In this document: piece by piece, positions 1 through 13,399 of the stretch
Layout of the letters: each line of letters begins with the position of its first letter
Numbering within the stretch: position 1 is the first letter of the stretch
Assembly: GCA_002633005.1 (NCBI GenBank)
Contig: NMRA01000266.1
Location: 453,925-517,924, forward strand
Source of the DNA: Phoronis australis
Taxonomy: Eukaryota; Animalia; Phoronida
DNA length: 64,000 nucleotides
Reading direction: 5' to 3'
Program-made: the position numbers and the translations under genes
Notes under the pieces: model-generated
What the model was told of the DNA's origin: nothing
The model's input: only the letters and a program-made list of their open reading frames with translations
Database searches by the model: none

Positions 1-874
1 CGCAGTTCCTGTATCAGTGTGGCGCCACCTTTGGGTAGCTCTGTAGGAGGAGGATGACAGACCCGCAGAAATCGTGTGTGGACATGGTTGTGCATACCTA
101 AGTTGGTACTAGTCTGATATAACGTGGCTGCATTTTGAGAACCGGTTTTCTCCACTGAATAATAGGCATCAACTGGTTCTCAAAATGCAGGCACGTTATC
201 ATCAGACTATTGGCCATTGGGTTGATCTGGGAATGAGCTGGAAAAGTATAGTGAACCATTTCGTTGTTTTGTTTGGATGTTTCACAAAGCATAAACTTCT
301 GCGGAATGTCGATTTGGTCTTGTGCAGCAGTTGCTAGCCACCAAGGCATTTTTCAATAGATGGAGCAGTTTTCATTCACATTTCTCAACATGAAAATATC
401 AAATGTTTGAATGCTAACTTCCAACCAATCAGAATGTGCGTATTTTCATTTAGTTCGTTCTTCATGGAGAAGCTTTGTTTACGTGATACCTTCCCATTGT
501 TATCTATTTTAACACCAAGAAAAAGCAGACTACCCATTTCCTCCAGCCAGCCACCAAAACAAAGTGTCGCAAAACAACAGAATCCACATCAGTTTGGTAG
601 CGATCATGAAACTCGGTGTTTTGGTGTTGATGTCCATGTGCTTGTTATAAAGGGCAGCCAGCTGCATGTAGCAACTGGGACCTCCTGGTTTTCCATACTT
701 GACAAAGGCTAGATGAATCTGTGAGAGGTTGCTAGGAATCTTGTACTTAGCGATGACATACTTCCATTAGTAAGTAACGTGTTTTAAATCTTGCACACCG
801 CTTAATGCTAAGTACTTGCGAATGTTTGGATTGACCTTGTTTCTCTGTGACCCGTGACCTTTGACTTCTTCCAG

Positions 875-3215
875 GTGTCGTCATGGAAGCGGTACTGGCT
901 GGCATTGTGGGGTACCTCACTGCTCTACTACCCAGCTAAAGCTTTAAGTGGCAGTATACGAGGAAATGTAAGTCTTTGTTCTAGTTCTCTTATTTTGTGT
1001 AGCGGTGGGAAGACATTTAGGGGAAAGTGGAACGTAATGAACGTCGAATCTCTGACCAGGCCTTCATGCAGCGTACGTCCAAATGGACGCCCTAGCACTA
1101 ATCTGGACACCCTGGCAAGGACGCCCAATGTATCATTTGGACACCCACTATCAATAAGAACCTTTCAAGTTTGGACTCACACATTGTAATGAATACTAGG
1201 AAGCCTCTGAAGGCTCACAGTGGGGGCTCTTTTTTTCAAAGCAGGAAGAAATATACAATGTATATACAAAGTATTTGCATTGTTGCTATTTTGACACTTG
1301 ATTGACAGCATTATAAAAGTCTTGGTCTACACAGTTTTTTTAGTAAAAATGCTCACCATAGAAGGCTGTTTTATAAACTTAGATGTAAAAACCTTGATCT
1401 ATGCATTTTTTGTAAAAAAAATCTGTGTGTTTGGGGGTATTGCTGGAGGTGGGGGATTACGCGCCGGAATCATGGACGCCCTGGAATATTGGGAACCCCA
1501 TTTTGGACACCTTATTTTCAAAATCCTGGATAAAGGCCTGTCTCTGACCACCGATTTTCTGCCCTGAAGTTTGTGGAGTCTTTGATTACAAGAGTGGCCA
1601 TTAAGCTGCGTTCCACCAAAATAATTAACTTATGATTTAGACCACTTACTGGTATAAAATCATAAGACATGGTAACATTTTATATTTAGAGAGGATGAAA
1701 ATATGTTAGTCATCCGCTTGTTCACCACATTGTTCCCTAAAAACAATAAACAAGAGCAAGCTAAAGGTTATTAATTTGTAAAGGTAATTAGAAATAAATG
1801 AAAATAATTATAGGAGAGATATATGTACAGCTATATGTTCTCACCTTGTTCCTAACTCAGTTGAGAAGTTATTTCTCAGTTTGAAGAATGTGACAGTCCC
1901 TGTTATTGCTAGAGACCAAGTCCGGTGCACAAAATGACCGGCTGTGACAACCCAACATGTAGAATCTGATCTCCAGCGAGAAATTTGAGACCAATTTCAT
2001 TGCACTAAGTACTGTATACATTCTCCAATTCGTACAGTCTCTAGAATTTGGGACATGGGAAATCACTAAAAATTTGAATTTTTTTGGTTCTGTTATTTGG
2101 CACAAGGACAATTTTAGCATTCACCATATTTTTGAAACTTCTCTCAATGTGTTGTAAATTGAAGAAAGATGGTAATTTTGCCATTTTTCCGGTGATTCTT
2201 GAATTTCAGACGGCTAATATTGTCCGTTATGTGAATTTCAGCCAAGGTCAGATCTTGAGCAAAATAACTGCTTTTTTTCTGTCCCAAATGGGAGTATTTT
2301 CACCGTAGTTGAAATCAAAAGTAACACTTCTGCTTTATGTCGTGGAAACCAGAGCTGTGATAGACTTGTGGATTATTATATTGACCTTTGACATCAGTAA
2401 TGTATTTGCATTTGTTTTCCCAAACACAGTCTTTGTTTTTGCTGTTATCGATATTTGTTGTTTGCTGGTCACCTCTTGTTATAATTTCCACAAGATTTGC
2501 GTAGCCTTGACAGTTGCGGCATCGGACCGTCGTCTAAACAGTTTCATTCTCTGAAAACAATTCATCAAAAAATAGTGAAATCATTGACTTTTACGGCGCA
2601 CAAAAAACGTCCATTTCTTTTCCAGTTCAAGTCCAACCCTAGTAAGATGGCTTCAGTGATTGGTTGGATGGTGGTCATGGGAGATAACCCTTTACAGCCT
2701 GACGCCTTTCAGCTCACAGATCCAGTTAAGGGTACGTTCCTGGTGTTCTAAGGTGGTTGTAAATTATGGATGTCACACTGATCTAGTTGGTCTGTGTAAC
2801 TAAACACATCTTTACTAGGGGTTTATGATTCTGGCTGAGAGATCATTGTTTAATTACCCCTGTGGATCCATGAATAGATGAGAGGGGGGGAAATGTGAAG
2901 TGTGTCTAATGGAGAGTGCCAAATTTAAAGTCTACCCTCTAGATAGACTGGGGTGCTGTTCTACAAGGACAGCAAACTGTTTGAGAACACATGATCAGTA
3001 GTCACTATGTCTTTCAACACATCAACCTTGACCCCTGCTCGGTGTATGAAGTCCGTGGCCAATCAGTAACTAGCATGTTGCCAATTATTGCAGGTAACGT
3101 GTACAAGTTCCGTGCTGGCACGCAAGCGCAGGCTCTGGAATGGTGTAAGCAGCTGACCTCGGCAACACGCAGTCTACAGAATAGACCGCCACGCAATCTC
3201 ATGTCTTTCGAATGA
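875..3215 (+). CDS. RALGPS: RalGPS-type Ral guanine nucleotide exchange factor, last three coding exons (C-terminal PH domain); 5' part lies upstream of the window
   Basis: Exons 875-967, 2626-2731 and 3094-3215 have AG/GT borders and continuous phases (0,1). They give [24 protein letters not shown]...[56 protein letters not shown]...PPRNLMSFE*. The PH domain and NLMxFE C-terminus match RalGPS1/2 as I recall them. Confidence 0.9.
1057..1540. mobile_element. Non-autonomous hAT-like MITE in a RalGPS intron
   Basis: Imperfect 15-bp TIRs (CAGGCCTTCATGCAG / CTGGATAAAGGCCTG), perfect 8-bp TSD TCTCTGAC (1049-1056 and 1541-1548), subterminal GGACGCCC/GGACACC repeats. Confidence 0.8.
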
Positions 3216-5295
3216 CACGAAGTTGGAAACGGCTTCGTGCCTGAAGGTCAAAGTCACACGGACCCTTTTTCCTTCCATGGCTTTGTGATGCCGATGATGT
3301 CAACCTTATGATGTCCGCGTGTAAGCATGCTTTTGGACGCAGTAGTTCTCAAAAAATTTGACACACGGCCTGTCATCAAAGAATTAACGGATTGCAAAGG
3401 AAATATTTCCATCTAATTTACCGATTCACAGGCAAGTTTTGAGTTTTGTTGCCGATTTCGACATATCTTTGATGAAAGGCTTAATCTTACAATTATTCAC
3501 CATCTTTAATAGAAATTTACTGGTATTGAACGATCTAGTCAGTCCGTGACGGTAATGGGAGACGGAGTGTAGTATCAAAATTTCTGGTTTGTGAAACTTA
3601 GGTCGATAGCAAGTATCACTTAAGAGCACCATACACTTTATTAAATTTATCCGGGAATCCTGTTGTTCTCATGGCAACAATCAAACTTTAGATTTATAGA
3701 CTTTAGAGAAGTTTCGAGAAGTTGGTCCCTGTTCTCAATTTGCCATAAGTATCGTTTCATAGCTTGTTATTCTTTGGAATCCTGAACGGAGTTAGTCATT
3801 CTATATTTTGACTGGATTTTCTGAGGCTACACCTTGTTCTTGGAATATTTTGTTCTCTAATTTGTTTGGCAGTATTTACAGTTGTCTGTTATATAAGTTT
3901 GTCGTCAATTCCACAGTGATACTGAGTCATTGAGAGAGCGAGGGAGTTTGTGATGAGAGACATCTGGTGATCATTCTGTTTACTATAAATGAAGTGTAGA
4001 AGTTAAACTGAAATAGTCCGAGATTTTGTTGCAGTAGATGATTGCCTGAGAATAGTTCGAAGGGTCTGGTCCTGTCTTGTAGCACCTCCTTGTGGTGACG
4101 GTGTGTAACTATTCTTGAAATTGGCCGCAAGTTGATGAAGTCCCTTCTTCTGCAACTGTATGCTATATTTTATTGAATGTTTGACCCATATATATTAATT
4201 TATTTTCATTTTGACTTGACACATAAAATCTGTACATTTATCTGAAAGTCATTCTTGGACTCGATTTTTACAAAAAATTGATTTTAATGACTGGTGTGAT
4301 TCTTCGTGTCGGTAAAGATAATCACATTTTTAGGCATTGTTTGAATTGTCTTATCGCACATCGCCACTTTAATAGAGTGTGGCAAGTGAGAGCCTCAAAT
4401 TGCTGTATTTTTGGTGACACATTCGACAATTACATTGTGTCAGTTATGAAGTTATTTTGGGAGACTTCCGGTGTGCTTCTTTGAAACAGTAGTTGCATGT
4501 TGGGATTGCAGCATTGGTATGCAAGATGATACAATAGTATGTAGTGAATGTTACATTGCAAAATATTGTATCATATTGTGTTTACTCTTTGCTAGTCAGG
4601 GTTGCAACATCAGTACGCAAGGTGACTCAATATTATGTAATGAATTTTACATTGCAGTACATTGCATCATGTTGTATATGTTCTGTGCTTGCCGGTGTGT
4701 CGCAACATAGTGTCAGTCATCTATGTTGCTTTTTATGTTCCATCATATTGTATTCTGTTGTACTGGTGAATACTTTGGGTCTTGAATACTTTGGGTCTTT
4801 GTGTCAGGATTCCTGCAAGGGCATACAACACTTTACAACATCATGTAATGTTTGTTGCAGTGCATCATATTGTATTGTATTGTATCGTGTTGTACTCGAT
4901 TTTACTGTGATTTTAAGGTGGCTGTATTTTGTCTTCCTTGATTGAGCACGTCTCTATCATTTTTCTTGTCATAATCATGTCACGGTTAGAAGGCGTCATC
5001 AGCAAATGGCAAAGTCTCAAGATGTTCTCCGTCGGAACTCTTGGATGATTGAAGTTCCTGATTAACATCCTTGGGTGCGCAATTTTGTTCTTTTGCCAAA
5101 CCCTCTGTGGTAAAGTGAAAATGAAAATAATGCTTATGACCCGATTCCGTCTTCTGTAACTGTGCTAATTTGCAATGCATTGTGGGGAAAATGATGCATT
5201 GAATTTGGTGGTATTATCTATATATATATATATATATTTTGTTATTGTTCCTTTCTGAGGTTGTATATATTGTATAAACTGTAAAATAATTACTG

Positions 5296-5301
5296 AATAA
5301 A
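5296..5301 (+). terminator. Probable polyadenylation signal of RalGPS (3'UTR about 3216-5320)
   Basis: AATAAA followed by a T/GT-rich tract, preceded by TGTA-rich UTR-like sequence and (TA)n at about 5218-5236. Confidence 0.5.
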
Positions 5302-5703
5302 GTAGACATTTTAATTTAATTCTTGTAGTTTCTGTTTGAATTGTAATTCGCAAAGTGTACATATTGTTCGATGATCAAGCGTAAAACACCCGCACATATG
5401 AAATGGAAATCACGTGATTTTGCAATGTGGTCCCAATCGTAATAACATCCCAGATTGCACGAGATGACATTATTTCAACTTGTAACCTTCCAAAAAACAA
5501 GTTTAATGTGATTTTTTTGTCAGTTTTGCTTGCAAAACTCAAGTTCAGTTACTTTCAGGTGAATTTTGTGAAATGTTTTAAATGAACGTACTTCCAAGAT
5601 GGGCCTCACTTTAATGACTCATGAAGCATTCCTGGATAAAATTTACACTTTTTCCTGAATCGGAACGGACAATCTAACATAATAATTCATAAAAAATACC
5701 AAT

Positions 5704-5948
5704 ATAAAAAATAATTGCAGGTGGTCTGATACACGTTGTACCAGACGTGCGCAGGCCTTGCATGAGGGCCCATTGCACTGATCACCTGAAAATATTTTTA
5801 TGGTTTAATTATTAATATATGGTTAAAACCGAGCTGAGGAGCTAGAAAAATGGCTCAAGGGTTTAGCAGTGTGACATGGTGGGACTTGAACCCACAACCT
5901 CGAGTAAGGAAAGCAGGCACTTATCAACCAGGCCACACTGCCTCCTCT
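5704..5948 (-). mobile_element. tRNA-derived SINE, family 1 copy 1
   Basis: Minus-strand head with A box (TGGCCTGGTTGA) and B box (GGTTCAAGTCC); flanking direct repeat AAAAAATACCAAT (5691-5703 and 5952-5964); highly similar to 15803-16041. Confidence 0.8.
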
Positions 5949-8014
5949 TAAAAAAAATACCAATTCAGTAATAATATCAACATTGTATTGCAAAGCTTAA
6001 AATGACATAATTCAAATTGAACAGTTAACTCACAATTTACACAATTCGCATCAAATTCTAACTAAAATCTTACAAAAATATGACTTCATTTTGCAATCGG
6101 GTACGTGATACTTAAAATCTTTCCAGCACCTAAAACTGGCGACCAAAAAGGCGCAATGACTTCCCATCGGCATACAATAATGCTAGTATAAATATCACTA
6201 AAACTACTGGGCAAAGGATGTGGGTTGAGCTGCTTAACATTTCTGTTAACAAGGATTACCTAAGGGACATTCTCATCAATTTCGTACAGAAATAATTGCC
6301 AAAAAAGGTCTTTTTTCATTTTTGAAGGCTTCTAAAAATGTGAATGCTCACAAATTTTCAGAATAACTATCAGATGGTTGCTAAGGTACAAATCATATAT
6401 GTTACAGAAATAGAATAAAATAAAATTCATTGGTTGGCCATATCCTACCCTAAACTGGCGAGACGAGTAAGATTAAGCATTGTGGCATGTTTTCCCATCA
6501 ATACATGAATTCTTCTTGAAGTTTGACATAAAAATTCCCCATCGTGTTATGTAACGGCTCACATCATGACAACTATATACACAGATTCAGACCCCTACGT
6601 CTATGTTCCAAGAGGCGTCTATGATCAGACATTGGCACTTGTGCTTATACACAATTTTTTTTGAGTAAAATCACATTTGACAGTCATGCTCCAGATATAG
6701 GCGCACCTGTTTATTTTTTAAATATTCTCAGCTATTTGAATTGTGGAATATAATAAAGAATCTTGCGACCGATGAAGGCTTTAATAATCCACAAACACCT
6801 ATTGCATGAGCTGGCATTAAATTATTTTAAAACTTAACTTTAAATACCAACTGTTTTTCAGTTGGAAAGTGTTGGTATTTTCACCGATTTTTATAGAAAT
6901 GTAATTATTATTACTCACTTAAGTCAATCACAAGTTTCTTTAATGTAAGTCCGCACTATGTACAGTAAAAATTCTTCAATTTGAGACAAAACTATGACCT
7001 AAAATTGCTATGTTTCGGGGTCGTTATGCAAATCTGGAACATATTTTTTACACTTGGGGAAGTGTCAGTCTGTGTTATTGCTATTTTTGTTCCTAATGGG
7101 ATCATCAAATGTTTCTAACTGAAGACTTGTCGACTATAGTGTCACTGTGTTTCTGTAGCCAAGGGTGTGGCCATGCGAAGCCTTTTTCTGAAGCCCACTG
7201 TTTAAGCTCACAGCTCAATAATAACTTTATAACTGACCATGCAAGTTTCCGTTAGAACCCGCCACTTATATTAAAATAAGCACAGGGCATTTCTTTCAAC
7301 AGAAAACCTTTCGGAAAACAGTGTCTCTTTCGAAAATTCCTGATACCCCAAATTCATTATGCATAGAATTTTTTGAGGGAAAGGTTGGCAAGTCTTTCTC
7401 CCCGACTCACGCCAAACAAATTTCGGAAAAACATTTCCTCCGTCTGTTTTGGGGTAATTTTTTTGGAACTTGTCAACGCAACTTGAGCCATACAAAAAGG
7501 AAATACTTACATGCAGCTTAGCAACAAGCAGTTTGTCATATCAGTTATCAACACAACAAACAATTAAGAATAAAATTTAAATAAAAATTAAGCATATGAA
7601 TGCACCTCCAGCTCTCAAAAAAGAAAAATTTTCTGCAGTTCACATGGATTTGTCCAAGTTAGGACAACTCACTGACCGAAAATAGACGAATAACACCACT
7701 TGGTGTTATTGATACAAGTTAGACGGACGTTTTCGACGAGAATAAAATTCATAAATATTTTTGAAAACTTGTAGACAAACCCAGCTGAGAACATGAAAGG
7801 AGTAGAACCCTGTTTAAGCTAAATGTTCCAGGATTCTTCACTCTCTCAAATATTGTGTCCACAATAAACAGAGACACACTCAGAATTCTGAAGAGATATT
7901 TTCATGAAACTTGGTGCAGTACCGTTTAAAAACTTTGGCACAAAGTCATCTGCTCCCTAGAAGTGTGCGGGAGACAAACGTTGATGTAGATGGTCACTCG
8001 ACTCCTCACAGCCA

Positions 8015-11000
8015 CTAGTATTGGAGCACATACGCCGTATGATCGTTGCATTCATAAATGAAGTGAATGACTGCAGACACATAATAACCGACGGCGGAGC
8101 CTGGAAAACATGAGCACAGACAGCTGATCTGACGTAAACAGGGAGGGACCTCAAGTGACAGAACAGCCAGAAAAACATAGGACGCATTGAATGGACCACT
8201 CAATGGTCTCATGGCCAACAATGGAGATTCGCGAAAGTTTTTGCAGAAATTTTCATTTTCTTGCGGGAGAAGTTCAGCTACACTATGATAACAAAGGAAA
8301 TGACACAACATTAAAGATGATTCAAGAGCCACTATAAGAGACAAATGCATATGGTGAACAAAGACAACCGCCATATTGGAAAATCGACATAATTCATGGA
8401 ATCATACTTCTTCCATGAAATTAGACATTTTAAAAACAATCTCCACATTATTTTGGACTTGAAGGGGGGGATAACTAGCCTGCATGTTTGCTTAGATTTT
8501 TTGGATGATTGTAAATCATGGGTGTAACTTACACACAATAGGTCTTTTGAAAATGACTTGCAACGTCAGTGAAAATAATTCTTTGTGGACCCTGCTGTTA
8601 GTCATGGTGGACTGTGGAACTAAACACAGCTTAACCATGGGTTCATGGTCCTGGCTATAAAGACAATTGTTTTATTAATCCCTATAGATCCATGAATAGG
8701 TGAGCCTGGAATGTTTGGGTGGCAAATACCATAATTTCAAGTTTTGGTTTTTAATTGCAAAAAAAGTTTGGCATATAACATAATAGCGATAATTTTGTGG
8801 TAGACATGTTAAAGTAGTTGTTCATTCTTTTGTGAGGGTGACAGTGCTCTTTTGCAGGCTGTGAGAGTAATCAACATGGCATGCAATACATTATCAAATA
8901 ACGAAGATGTGACAAATTTCAGCAGAAGAGGAACTTCACAGATTACTTCCAATTAACTATTTGTCACTTTAAAAAAGGTAAACAGAATTTGATAATGTAC
9001 AAAACTATTTACTCAAACGGATTACGCTGTTTTTGAAAACGAAAAACCAGGATCTCTAAGTATATACAGCTATAACTCACCAATGAGGACAGCTATCAAA
9101 ATCCAAACATTATAACTCATCACAGCCAACATCACAATCAGCCCCAGTCCATAATGTAACATATGAATCAACGATCTCAGAACGTGGTACTTGACCCTGA
9201 AATCACCCAAAATATATAATGAGATAAACAACATGTCACCACTAGCGGTCCACATTTAATAATATATGATGAGATAAACAACATATCACCACTAGCGGTC
9301 CACATTTTTGCGGTTTCTTTCTTATATGGCAATGATGTAGTGTTCACAAAGGACAAAAAATGGAAACGATTCAATATCGGGCCCCAAAATATAGTTTCGA
9401 TGAACCCCAATCATGCTATCCCATATTACTCTTAAAGACAAACTCTACTCTACTTGCTGTCCACACACTCAAATGTCTCGGGGTAGCAGTTTTTAAGTAT
9501 ATACAAAAGATAGGGTCTTGTCTCCTGAAGTGTTTTTTCCAAGATATCTGCCATATGAGGTGAGGGTGAAAAACACTGTGTTGTCAGGTTTGCCATGAAA
9601 TCTTAAGGACTAAATTCTTTTTACCACCAGGGTGCATCTGTGTGGAATAAGCTATCTGAATGCTTAAGATGTTGCTAAGATCTAAATAGTACCTTTACTG
9701 ACGCTTTAGGTCACCATCTTTGCCATGCTTGTGAAAACCAACATTAAGGCCCACCTGTATCGGAATTCCGATACGGGAATGGCACAAATCGTAACATTCC
9801 GACTCGAACCGGATCCCGATACAGGCCTGGACATCTACGCTGTTAAATATTGCCGTTTAATGCTTGATAAATCATGTATGAATGTTTACTTTCAGTTCAT
9901 ATAGTCTTTTTAGTCTCTTTTCTACATATTCATTTCTCATTTATACCCGTTACTATAAGTTACTAATCGGTGACTATCGTTTACTATAGGTTACAACCGG
10001 TTACTATCGGTAAGTTATTACTTTATTAATGTTATCTTATGACATCTGCATGCAACAAACTACAACAGACCAAACAAGTAGAGTAAGTATTCAAAGAACT
10101 TGATAGATTTGACTGAGATATATCTGGCTATGTCAAAATCACAATAAACTACAAGAAGGAAAGTAGACAAAAATATCAATAAATAAAAGAGGAAATTTTA
10201 AACTGTCACAAGTTTCGACAGGAAATTTCATCAATTCTATTAAAACTGCAGTCCCCCAGTAAGAAAATTCACCCGTACTTGTCAGGAAATATTCAGGATT
10301 TAATACGTAGACCACAAGTTTCTTTTACACAAGTAACGGGCCCTCGCATCAGGATTTTAGCTAAAAAAGCTCTGTTCAGCAAGATGTCCCACTGATCTCA
10401 GAGCCCATGAGGCAGCCCCTACATCAGGATATGACAAACCTTCTTCTTCTAATGTGTCTTTGGTCAGGTATTATGAGTGACTGCATCATTTCCGGTGTTC
10501 GAGCGATGTTCTCCGGTGTCCTGGCGTACGTCAAGGGGTTCTTGTCACTCTGATGTTTGAAATACATCATTAGCTCACGGAACACCTCCAAGAGACAGGA
10601 ATAAGCGAAGAATACAGCACAGGCACCAACTAAACCTGAAAGTAAGGTGATGATCAAATACAAGACTAACATTACACAAATCTGGAATTATTACACAAGT
10701 ATTATTTAAATATAAGTTATATTTTATTTATTAAGCTACATATTGACTTTTCATGTACTCATGTATCTTCTCATGATCATTATTCTATGCTTGCTCATCA
10801 ATGTGTGCGATGCTATTTAGTTTTTTCCAACAGGTCTGATATTAAGGTATCTAGTACGTGGCTTCTTATTGTCTCTGAAAAATTTTGCCATAGTCAACAT
10901 TATCTCTATACAAAACAGACCTGCTTCCACGCAAATCTGTTAAATAAAATACAACAGACTTCAAATACACTTAAAATCTGAAGGAAGGAGATCAAATAAT

Positions 11001-12923
11001 AATGTTTAAAAAGGGAAAAAGTCTAAAATCTGATTTTGATTCAATGTTTTTCCCGTTTGATCCACAAACTTCGACAGTAACCATGTAACTTCGTTGTGTA
11101 TTGCGTTTTCAGTTAGCATTTCTTGTGTAGCAGTTTGCCTTCAGTATAAGGTGCGTGGCCGTCAATTAGGGCAAGATTATGTGTGGATGGGTCAAAAAGG
11201 AAGATGGCGGGGCACCCAGATTTTTACACGCAGGGAAAAACACTGACAGTAAGGAATCTTATGGAATCTCCATGATAGCAAGTAGCAGCATATATTGGTG
11301 CAAGTCCAATCTCAATAGGCAACTGGCACACCACAGGTTGTCATTGTTGGTCTAGTTTATTGTCACTCCCTGTAACTGACTGTGTCTGTGCTTCATCATT
11401 TGTTGCTGGGCCTAGCGAGGTGGCCACTATATTCTCTCTTCTGATGATGGTGTTTGAATATGACACAGAAACATGCCAAGTCGGTTCAAAACGGTTGTTG
11501 TTTTTATTAATATTATGGAACCAATTAAATAATTTACTAAAAGGCTCAATTCAATGTTCGAATTCGAATCAGCCACCTAAATACTTTTACATGCAATTAA
11601 ATCTAACCTCCATCTGTGTGATTATTCCATCCTTTAAACAAAAGATTAGTGAAGTTGGCACCCACGTAAAAACTCATCTGAAACAACCAATGAAGAAGTT
11701 TAGAAGCATATTTAGAGTGGTCCCTGATTCTGAGAACTCATTTCGCGTGCTGGATATCAAGTATTGTTCAGCGATTACGCAGCTCCCAAAATCAGGTACT
11801 AGCGACACTACATCAGTACCACCATCTTATCTAACCCCAGTAGACACGGTGATCATACCATACCAGTAAGCTCTCCATATGCTGGAAGATTTTCAGTAAG
11901 TTATGTCTCACACTAATAACACCAACAAAGTCATGCTACTATAATTACCTTATGCGCATGGAGCGACACCTTAGGAGGCTGTTGATGTCTTTAGGTCTTT
12001 CCAACTTGAAAAATACTCTCACTAGCAAACATTCTTTCAAATAGTCCTTCACTCAGATGCTCAAATACCCTGCTTGTACCAAAGCTTGACACCATATCCC
12101 CAAGTACAAGCAGGGTAAAAATGGCCAGTTAACGATTTGGGTAACTGAGAAAAAAAGTTTGATTGCTAAGTATTTGTTCGCGCTGAGAAGAGTTAATTGA
12201 GACACCAATGAATTTCTAAGGTGTTCCTTTATGCACAGAAGGTACATATAGCAACACAACTTTGAGGGTTTAATCAGTGTAACCACAATTCACTAAAAAG
12301 CTTGAGGCATATGGAGGATCCAACATCTCTATTTGGGCCAGCTCAGATGGTTTTACGGTCAACCAAAAAATCAGACTATGATCCCAGGTGAATGAAAATG
12401 TACAGATTTAAACACAGCAGCGTGAATTTTAATGGATTCTTATAGAATTCAAAATTTTATGGAATCATGTTGGCAAATTTAGCATGAAATAGGACCAAAT
12501 CAAATTTCACTTTCTCTTTCAGTAGGTGATCCTTCTTGACCTTAAACAAGGACGTGTGTGTTGTGGAGTTCAGTGAAGGACACTACACAACACAAGGCGA
12601 ACATTATCATCTGCAGAGTGAATTTAGTAGCCCTGGTGAAAAGCTGCATACTAGATATATTTTGACACAACAGTCTTCAATGAAGACTTCACATAGATAA
12701 CTAGCTGGCTAGTCCTCCCATGATATAGAATGAACTTTTTGAGTTGGAAAACGGCAGCCGCTGCTGCACAACTAACAAAACAAGTCAGCTGATGATAATC
12801 ACATGATACGGGACCGAACCCTGAACAAAATGCGCTTACATCAAGATTTCAAGACTCAGAAAATGCTTTAGAAAATATTGGAAGCTAATGAAATGAAAGA
12901 TGTGAATCTCTTACATGCATCAT
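8015..12923 (-). CDS. SLC31A2: Ctr/SLC31 copper transporter, CTR2-like (short N-terminus), 158 aa
   Basis: Exons 12923-12915 (MMH), 11677-11608 (MSFYVGANFTNLLFKGWNNHTDG), 10635-10440, 9196-9081 and 8100-8015 total 477 nt in one open frame with canonical splice sites. Contains TM2 MxxxM (MLAVMSYN) and TM3 GxxxG (GSAVGYY). The family call is secure; CTR2 versus CTR1 orthology is inferred only from the short ectodomain. Confidence 0.85.
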
Positions 12924-12959
12924 GTTGCCGCCGGATGACTTTGTTACATAGCTGAACGC

Positions 12960-13196
12960 AGGGTCAAAAATCGCAAGGTAATCAAACAAACCTATGTCCC
13001 GCTTCCTGTGAAAATTGGGTCAGGTCAAGGTCAGGGATTTAAATGTCCGTAAAAGAACTGCTCTGATTGGTTTAGCAATTTACTACATCTAATTTGATTG
13101 GCTGGAGGAAAAACGTTCGAAATTCAGTTTTGAAAACATGGCGAAGAGTGGTAGAGGCCTTTGAACATTGTTGTCCGTGACTCTGTATCGTCTGAG
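12960..13196. promoter_or_regulatory. Bidirectional promoter between Ctr (-) and ASPM (+), including probable non-coding ASPM exon 1
   Basis: Inverted CCAAT boxes at 13066-13070 and 13097-13101; CHR-like TTCGAA 13116-13121 and TTTGAA 13129-13134 and 13160-13165; AGGTCAAGGTCA (DR0) 13022-13033; YY1-like AACATGGCG about 13135-13143; splice donor after 13196. Confidence 0.6.
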
Positions 13197-13399
13197 GTAA
13201 AATTATTTCTTTCATGAAAATCAATGAAACAAGATATTTAGGAGAACGTTTCGTTTAACACTTTTTGTATTGGATTTTACATTTTCCTATTTTGGAAGTG
13301 AAGACAATGTTGGTTATCTTTAATCTTTACGAGATCTGGATTCTGGTTCGCCAGTGCTTTTTGCCTGAGCTTTTGTGCCTTGGCACATGAGAGAACCAG

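Noticed and set aside
4278-4945. Cys-rich ORFs downstream of RalGPS
   Set aside because: TGT/TGC-rich degenerate repeats in the probable 3'UTR, without splice or domain support.
5870-5946. Functional tRNA gene (also 15965-16040 and 40421-40490)
   Set aside because: A and B boxes are present but the cloverleaf is degenerate; the family 1 copies continue into a shared SINE body with TSDs.
11360-11869. 169-aa plus-strand ORF
   Set aside because: No recognisable domain; it overlaps Ctr exon 2 on the opposite strand.
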